DNA from: Neocallimastix sp. 'constans'
Lineage: Eukaryota
Length of the DNA stretch: 64,000 nucleotides
Assembly: GCA_050613775.1 (NCBI GenBank)
Contig: JBODTK010000010.1
Coordinates: 992,001 to 1,056,000, forward strand
Direction of reading: 5' to 3'
A program made the position numbers and the translations under genes. Under the pieces are notes generated by a model that saw nothing but the letters and a program-made list of their open reading frames with translations, searched no databases and had not been told where the DNA came from. The stretch's first letter is position 1; each line of letters opens with the position of its first letter. Positions 39,818 to 64,000 of the stretch are shown piece by piece.

Positions 39818-40467
39818 TATTTATAATTTAATATTAATAGGTTATTCATTAATACATACCATTCTCTTGTTCCGTAAAATCCTTTAGAAACATGGAAGGG
39901 TTCAGAAACATAGGCACCGAAGACCTGTGATTAATTTGAATAAAATTTAATTTATTATTATTATTATTATTATTAAAATAAATAAAAATAAAAATAAAAC
40001 ATGTCTAATCTACTAATTATTATCACGTTTAATTTGATTAAAAAAAAAAAAAAAAAAAAAGATTTACATTGCTTTCAGTATCACGAATGGCTAATAAAAG
40101 TGGACCAGCTCCATTAACTTGTTGATATAAAGTATTTAAACTGATTCCATGTTGAGCTGTAGAATAACGAAGTTGCCATTTACTGGATTCACGTTGTAAA
40201 ATAGGTAGGTGAGGACGAAGATAATCGGTTAATTCATGATTAATAATAGGTTGAACATCTTCTTGCTCCTCTCTACCAATAAATTTAATTGAAGACATCA
40301 TAGCTTGTTGACTTAATAGATTAAGACGTGAGGATGAAAGACTATTACTACTAGATTTCTCTTTTAATGTAAGGGTATTTGTATTAGAATCTTCAGTAGT
40401 AGTTGATCGACCAAAAAAGGAGCTAAACAAACTTGTATAATAACTTGTTCCATTTTCGGCTTGTTGG

Positions 40468-40502
<35 letters not shown>

Positions 40503-41393
40503 GTTATTATTGTTATTATTGTTAGAGGTAGCATTTAATAAGGAAGAAGTATCGGTTGAAAGTAATGGTGCTGATTTAGGTCCACTTGTAACGGTGTTTT
40601 GTTGTTGTTGATCTGGTTGTGGTTCAAACCATGACCATAAATAATTTGAAACAGAAGTCCAGGCATTGGTAATGACTTCACCAGCGCTACCTGCTGAATT
40701 AATAGGTGCTGAATTTGCAGATTGTACTTGTTTAATATCAGTATTAATAGGCTGAAGTCTATTAGATGAAAGATGATCATTAACGACACTATCATTATTA
40801 GCATCAAGATTAATAATCGGTAATTCTTTTTCATTAATTTGAACTGGTATAATTTCTTTCTGCTCATAATTATTATTATTATTATTATTATTATTTTTAC
40901 TTTCAACTGATAAAATTGGTTCATTATTTTCGTTTGATGGTGAATCAATATTTTCTTCGATGTTAATTTCAGGTAATGTAGTAGTAGGTGTTGAGCTTTC
41001 ATTATTTTTGACAGGTGGTGCTATATCATTACTATCATTTTCACTATTATTTTTTACTGGCAAAGCAGCATCATTATTTTCGATCGGTGAAGTAACATTA
41101 TCATTTTCATCATTATTTTGGTTTTCAACAGTTATGACAGGATTATTACTATTGTTAGAACTATCGTTATTTTCCTTATTTTCCGTACTTTCCTTATTTT
41201 CGGGGTTTCCTTCTTCTTTTGTATCTGCATTTAAACCTGTTGTTTCTGGACGATGACTCGAAGGGGTATTAGCTTCATTTTGAAGTATTGGTGCATTTTC
41301 ACTATTATCTGTGGTAACATTTGTTGGAGATTCTACAGATTCTTTCTTGACAACTTCGATTTCTGCTGGTATTTCAGAATTTTCGTTTTCCAT
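38375..41393 (-). CDS. OXR1: TLDc-domain protein (Oxr1/NCOA7 family), 5 exons, about 545 aa
   Basis: Exons 41393-40068, 39924-39860, 39714-39610, 38710-38679, 38484-38375, in phase. TLDc motifs: WQLRYSTAQHGISLNTLY, LLAIRDTESNVFGAYVSE, FYGTRECFLW, YIAIGGGNGNYGLYIDE, CTAFFNEPLS, LEIW. Long acidic, Asn-rich N-terminus. Confidence 0.88.
39201..39360. repeat. 40-bp tandem repeat, 4 copies, in intron 3 of the TLDc gene
   Basis: Unit TAAAACTATTTTTTATAGTTAATACGATGATTATCATTAT starts at 39201, 39241, 39281 and 39321, with one mismatch in the last copy. Confidence 0.95.
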
Positions 41394-43136
41394 ACTGATA
41401 ATAAGCAAACGATAAAAAATTTTATCTATTTCTATCTATTTCTATATATTGCAGTTTTAAAAAAAATCGTTTGACGTATGCTGTTTATATTTTTGTCTTT
41501 TAATTAATTGTCTATTATTTTTTTTTCTGTATGAATAAGGTACATATGTAAATATACATATATATATATTAAAGCATTGTTATTATAAATATCAAAAATA
41601 AAATTTTATATATATTATAAAAATTGTGAAATAAATAAATAAATAATTAGTTATGCAAAATTTTTAAATTTTTAATGTTAATTAATCATAAACATTATAA
41701 TTGTTAGTTTTTTATACTACAAATATATATTCTTTGAGCTATTCAAATCATCAAAGTAATTAATTTAGTATTTATATTTATGCATTATTTAATGACATGA
41801 AAAGATGTATTATATTAAACATGGTTTGTTTCATGTTAATGAAACATTTTTCATATTTCTTTAAACAGAAATTATGATTTTTTATTAATGTAATAATTAA
41901 TATATTTGTTATATAATATATTTAGTTTTATTTTTATTTATGAATGCTCGTTTTGTTTTTTAATATTCCATTTAACTCTATATATATTAAATATATAAAA
42001 TGATTAAGATTACTTTATAAAATTTTAAACGAAAGATTGAAATTTCAAAAAAAAATTTTCTATCCATGTAATTAAAAATACTTTAACATTTTTTTTTTTG
42101 TTTGCATTAATAATATCTTATTATACGTTATATATATATATATGTATATATATATTTTATTATCAAAATCAATTTAATAGTAAAAAAATTTTATTTTTTT
42201 TATGAATATATTATTTTATATTTTAGATATTAATTGAAAAGGTAAAAATAATTTCTGATTACATAATATTTTATTTATTACAGAATATGATATAGTGTTT
42301 ATTTTTAAAAATTATATATTTATATATATTTCTTTTTTATGACAAATATACTGATTTTTTTTTCTTCACTAATTTCATTAAAAACAATATTTAAAAAATA
42401 TTTTTATACCCTTTATTTATTTTATTGCTCTTTCAAAATATAAATATAAATTGACGATGACTCTAAAGTAAATTTAAAAAAAAAAAAAAAAATAAAAAAA
42501 GTACCATCTCTATAAAAAATAAAATTTAATTATCATCATAAAATTATTATATTATTAAAATTAATATTTAATAAATATAATTTTTTAATATTTAAAATTA
42601 AAATTTATATATATTATTTGGTTTATTCATATTTTTTTTTATTAATATTTAATAATTTAATGTTTTTTTAATTATAAACTTAATATATTATGCTTTAATT
42701 TTAATATATACGTAATATACATTCTATGAGGAGTAGTAGTCATTTTCATAATGACATTGAATTTAATTTATTTAATAATCTTAAAAACTATCATTGTTAT
42801 TATTAATTAATTATTATTAATTATTATTATTATTTTTTTTTTTTTGAAATGCTTAAATGCTTCTAAAGCCAAATGGAAAAAGTAAAAAAAAAAATTGGTT
42901 AATATATTAGAAGAGATTAAAAGTGAAAATTGAAAGAAGAGGAAAGAATTAAAAAAAAAAAAAAAAAATTACTGTAATAGAGTAAAATTAATTTTAAAAT
43001 TTTATTTAATAAGCTAAAATTATATAACAATACAATTAATAATTAGTAATAATAATAATATTGTTATTACTTTTATTATTATTATTTATGTCTTTAATTA
43101 AAAAGAAATATAAAAAGATAATTTTAAATATGTATA

Positions 43137-43173
<37 letters not shown>

Positions 43174-43730
43174 CATTATGATATTTTACTTTCTTTTGTA
43201 ATATACATAAATATATATATTTATAAATATCACATAAAAATATCTTAAATATAATAAAATTAAAACAAAATAAAAATAATTATTAATTTGAGTTAAAAAC
43301 TAAACAAAAATAAAAACAAAGAAATATTGATATTTTACTTAATTAATATTTTTATAAAAAATGATATAAAAATTATAATAGAGTTAATTAAAAAAAAAAA
43401 AAAAAAAAGAAATTTTATATGAATATTTAAAATATATTTATAATTTTAAAAGAACTGAGAAATAATTTTATACAAAAGAAAATATGAATCTTCATTTTTC
43501 TTATTTTTCTTTTTACTTTTATTTTATTCATATAAATAAATTAATAATTAACAATAACTTAAAATAAATAAAAAAAATCAAAAATGAAAGTATACTTATA
43601 AATAATGGTCAAAATAAAATATAAAAACAAAAAAAAAAAAAAAAACTTTTCAAAATGATTAATTAAAACCGAGTTTCTTTTCAAAATAAAAAAAAAATTT
43701 TTTTTTAATTAATCTTTTTTTTTTTTTAAT

Positions 43731-43767
<37 letters not shown>

Positions 43768-46053
43768 AATAGACCGTTAATCATGTGATTCTATTAAATA
43801 AATATATTTATATTTTTATTATTTTTTTTTATTTTAAGATTTCCTTTTTTTTTTTTTTTTTTTTTTGAAAAGCGAATAGACCTTCTTATATAAATAACTC
43901 AAAATGTTCCATCAGTAACACATAGCACACTTTTTATTTTGATTAATTTATTAATATTAATTTATTTATTTAATATTTAATAATTAAATAGTATTATGAT
44001 TATATTCAAAATAAAATAAGAATATAAGAGAAATAGTATATGTTTATATATTTAACTTCATATAAAAAAATATTTGTTTTAATAATATTTTTTTTTTTTT
44101 TTTTTTTTTTTAAGCGTATAATAATTAAAATTAAAAAAAAAAAAAAAAAAAAAAAATAGAAAATCAAATAATTTATACAATAAAATGTTTTTAAAATTCA
44201 TAATTAATAATTATTTAATAATATTTTCCTTCTGGAAAGTATATTTCGTTTATTAATATTTTTTTTTTATAATATTATAAAGTATATCCTCCATTTAATT
44301 TGACTAATATAAATAGTCTATATATTAATTTAAAGCAATTTACATATTTTTTTTTTTTTTTTTTTTTATTTATTATTCCATTTTTCGTATTAAAAAACAT
44401 AATTAATAATATTTTCCTTCTGGAGAGTATATCTCGTATTAAAAGATTTTTTTTTTTCTTTCTTTTTTTTTTTTTTTTATAAAAATATACTTTCATTTTG
44501 ATTTGATTTTAAATTTAATAATATGAATTACTACAGATTCTATATTAATTTCATATAAAAATAAACAAATTAATTTTTCATACAAAATTGTTAAAAGTTT
44601 AATTGTATTAAAATTTATATTATAACTATTTAAGAACAGTCGATGATTCATCATTATATGTAATAATCTAAGGTATGAATTTTTATAAAATTCATTATTC
44701 ATTATATTATTATTAAGATTTCTATATATATATATATATAAAGATTTACACATATTAAATCGATCTTTATTATAATCAATGCTAACTGATAAATAAAATT
44801 TCAAATGTGATATTTAATAATATAAAATATAATTATTAATATGAAGATAATGTAAAATCTTTAGTCCCAATACTTTACAATTATAAAATAATTAAGAGAG
44901 ATGATAGAAGTAACTATAGGTTAAATTTTTATAAATATATATTTATTAATATATTAATAGTAATTGAAATTTATATCTTAATTAATTTATGTAAATTATA
45001 TTAAAAACAGAAGAAACTATTAAAAATATTTTATTGGAAATTATGGATGGAAAAAAAGAAATGTATATATATATATATATATAAAAGAAAAATACTGCAA
45101 TAAAGTAAAATAGGTTTTAAACTTGTATTTAACAAGTTAATATTATAAATAACAATAATAACAATAATAATAATAATAATAATATTAATAATAATTATAA
45201 TAATAATTAAAACTTGTTTTAATAATAATAATATTAATAATAATAATAAAAATTATAATAAAAATAAAATAATAATAAAATAATAAAATAATAACAATAA
45301 AATAATAAAAGTAAAATAATAAAATAAAATAATAATAATATATATAAATATATATATATATATATAATTATAACAATAATAATGATAGTAATTTAATGAT
45401 AATGAAAATAAAAATAATATTGTAATGATAACAACTACAATAATGATTATAATAATAATATAACAATAACAGCTATGATAATAATAATTATGATATTATA
45501 AAGAGTTCCTTGCAGAAGTTACTTAATAAAGAAAATATATATGATAATGCACAATGAATGGTTTTTAAAAATAGATAAAAATTTAACCATTAAATAAGAA
45601 TAGTATAAATAACGAGTATTAAAAAAAATTTACAATAAAAAAAATTATAAAAACTTATATGAATATAATTTATAATGAAATATATTATTAAATGTTTTTA
45701 TTCTTCTTTTATAATATTTACTATGGTTTATTGAATTTTTTAGTATAGTTTAAAAGTAAATATATATATATATATATTAGTATGTAGAGTGACAGATTCC
45801 TGATTAATAGTATTGAAAATACTACGATTAATTAAATTTTATATTTTAAAAATTATTATTTTCAATAATATATAGAAAATTTCATTTATCCATACTTCTT
45901 AGTTAAATTATAATAAATTTTTTATTAATGAATAATTGAACAATTAAATAAATAATCTGTTAAAAAGAAAAAAAAAAAACTTGGAATAGTATTTTTCTAT
46001 TTAATTTTCTGCAATAAAAACAATAAAAATAAATTTTAACTTTTATTATTTAC

Positions 46054-46096
<43 letters not shown>

Positions 46097-46362
46097 CAAA
46101 GATTATTAAAATAAAATTATTAAAGTAATTAAAATTTTTTTTTTGATTAAATATTTATTAAAAAAAAAAAAAAATTGTAATTATTTAAATTTATTTATGT
46201 AAACGAAATAATAAAACATATCCAAGTTTTCTTTTCTCTTCCAAATTAATATTAATAGTATATATATATAAAGAAGAGGAAGAAGAAAAAAAGAATGGAT
46301 TAATAATATAAAAATAATGAAATATACCAACATATTATATTACATTTGAGTTATATTATTAC

Positions 46363-46427
<65 letters not shown>

Positions 46428-46494
46428 CAATTTTCGATATATACTATCATTTTTTTTTTAATTCTGTACTTTATGACTAGAAAAATTAATCAAA

Positions 46495-61737
<15,243 letters not shown>

Positions 61738-62534
61738 TTTTTTATATATATAATTTATTCGTTAAAAATTTTTATTTATGTTTAATTATAAAAATTAAAG
61801 TTAATATTTTATAATATTCATTTTGATACTACAAGTTATAATTAAAATATATATATATTTTTTTTAAATAATTAATTCAATAAACAAAAAATTTTTATAC
61901 AATTTTAGTTATAATTAAATCAATGACTTATTTTTTTTCTAATACTCATAGTTTTAATTAATTCTATATGTAATAAAAATTCAATAAACAAATAATTAAT
62001 ATTTCTCTGTATTTCTATAGTTAATGTTATATATATTTTGAATATATATACATATATTAAAAAAAGACATTTAGTAATTATAAAAAAAAAAAAAAAATAA
62101 AATAATTTTCTTAACAATTATTTTTATTTTATTATATATATATTAAAGATATTTAATTAATGTGATTTACCACTGAAAAAAATTAATGTTAATATTTATT
62201 GAAATTTTTAAAATACACTTTATTTAGAAGTAAAATAAAAAAATTCCTATATAATGATTATAATTTCATTATAATATTATATTAATATTCTTTTTTTTAA
62301 AAAATTATAAACCAAAATTTTAATATAAATAATTTTTTATAATTTTTTTTCTAAAATTTAATTATTTTTAACTTTTAGTAATTAAATGCTAAATTCTATA
62401 GATATAAATATTATAAATATATTCATATATCAATGTTTTTTTTTTTTCAAATATGAATATATATTTAAAAAGAATTCTTACAAATATACTTTATATTGTA
62501 ATTATAATCTATTCATATTATTTTAATTTATTGA

Positions 62535-62595
<61 letters not shown>

Positions 62596-62819
62596 TTGTT
62601 ACTTCATTTTACGTTACAAATATAACTTTTAATAAAACAATATATAATATTTTAATTTTAAAATATTATATTAAGAATTATATATATTATATGGCCTTTT
62701 TAAATAAATAGAAAAAAAAGGTTTTAACCAAATTGATAAGATATGTTAACATAAAATATAATATGACAAAATAGTTTGTATAGTTTTTTAATTAATTACT
62801 GTGAAATTTAGATATAAAA

Positions 62820-64000
62820 TTATGTTAAACCAGCTTTATTTAGAGCATATTGTTGAAGTGATTGAATTGTTAATTTTACAATAGTGGAGCAATGTCTTGT
62901 ATCCGTTGCCCATGTTAAATGCGTTGAGACTGTTCTATTTTTATTTGCATTTAATTTTAGGAATCTTTTGGCGAAAAAAGTTGCTGCTTCTGCATAATCA
63001 TCTCCTCCTATAATAAAATATTTAAAATGAATATTATAATTTATTATAAAAAAATAAAAGCAAAGAATCATATATAATTTATAAATAAAAATGTTTAAAT
63101 GATTAATTTTTTTAAATAAATTATTTATAATATTTAAATTATCAAATAATTTTATTTTTTTGAAATGATTTTAAGATTTTTATTATCATTCACCTGAATA
63201 ATCCGGATAATATTTTGATACAGGAGAAGTACTTAACTTTTTCTTAAATATATCTATTTTATTAAAGAAAATTACTATATTTTTATGCCATAGAATCTTA
63301 TTTCTTGATAGTTGTTTAAATAATTGTTCTGCATCTTTTAATCTATTTACAGTTGGATCTTCTAATAAGTTCTTTTAATTTTATTATTAATATTAAAAAT
63401 ATACAATAATAATTATAAAATTATATATAATATTGTAATTAATTTATTTAATATAATGATTTATATTGATAATGTGATAATATAAGAATGTTCATCAGAA
63501 GTTTAAATTATTTATTATATATACTTGATCATATGCACTAATTGCAAATATATATATCATAAGATCGACATTATCAAAAAATGCAGCCTAATATTTATTA
63601 ATAAATTATAATAGAATTAATATTTATATTTTTATGAATATATTTTAGTTTTATTATTCAGCATAAAATAATTAATTAAAAAATAATAACCCATTTCAAT
63701 CTTTGAGATCTTGAACCACCAAAATCATACACACTATTTTAAAAAATTATTATATATATGGATGTATTTTTTTTTTTTTTTTTTTTAAGAAAAATGGTAT
63801 AAATTAGTTGGATTAGTTGTTATTATTAATAATAAATTTCAAATTCATTCATATTAAATGTTAAATTATTTATTATGAATATAATTGAGAATTTGTTATA
63901 TATATATATATTACTTTAGAAAATCAGGTGAACCAAGAATTGGTATAGATGTTTCAGATATTTGTTGAGTTGGTGCTCTTTGATGTAATATATCATCATT
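62820..64000 (-). CDS. Divergent heterotrimeric G-protein alpha subunit, 3' part (continues beyond the window)
   Basis: Exons 64000-63915, 63733-63691, 63587-63525, 63371-63194, 63007-62820, in phase: DDILHQRAPTQQISET (switch I), VYDFGGSRSQRLKW (G3/switch II), FFDNVDLMIYIFAISAYDQNLLEDPTVNRL, IVIFFNKID (G4), HLTWATDT (G5), ending LNKAGLT. Confidence 0.92.

Overview
Extremely AT-rich, intron-containing eukaryotic DNA. An axonemal dynein, fungal-type Hrp1 and perilipin-like proteins, a G-alpha subunit, poly-Asn tracts and A/T homopolymer-rich spacers together suggest a flagellated zoosporic fungus, most likely an anaerobic gut fungus (Neocallimastigomycota); this assignment is an inference. I spliced nine protein genes by hand with GT-AG introns and consistent reading-frame phase: a partial ankyrin-repeat gene (+), UBA3 (+), a SUN-domain nuclear envelope protein (-), a PAT/perilipin-like protein (-), ARL1 (+), an Hrp1/Musashi-type two-RRM protein (-), a TLDc/Oxr1 protein (-), a complete 22-exon single-headed inner-arm dynein heavy chain (+) and the 3' part of a divergent G-alpha subunit (-). 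The most notable observations are: the G-alpha lacks both the catalytic switch II Gln and the switch I Gly needed for RGS binding; the perilipin-like protein has a split PAT domain and a Cys cluster; several splice acceptors are poly-A rather than polypyrimidine, one behind an array of branchpoint-like TAAC repeats; and there are related satellite/minisatellite families in the spacers. I could not support any rRNA, tRNA, CRISPR array or autonomous transposon. Most short ORFs in the track are low-complexity artefacts.
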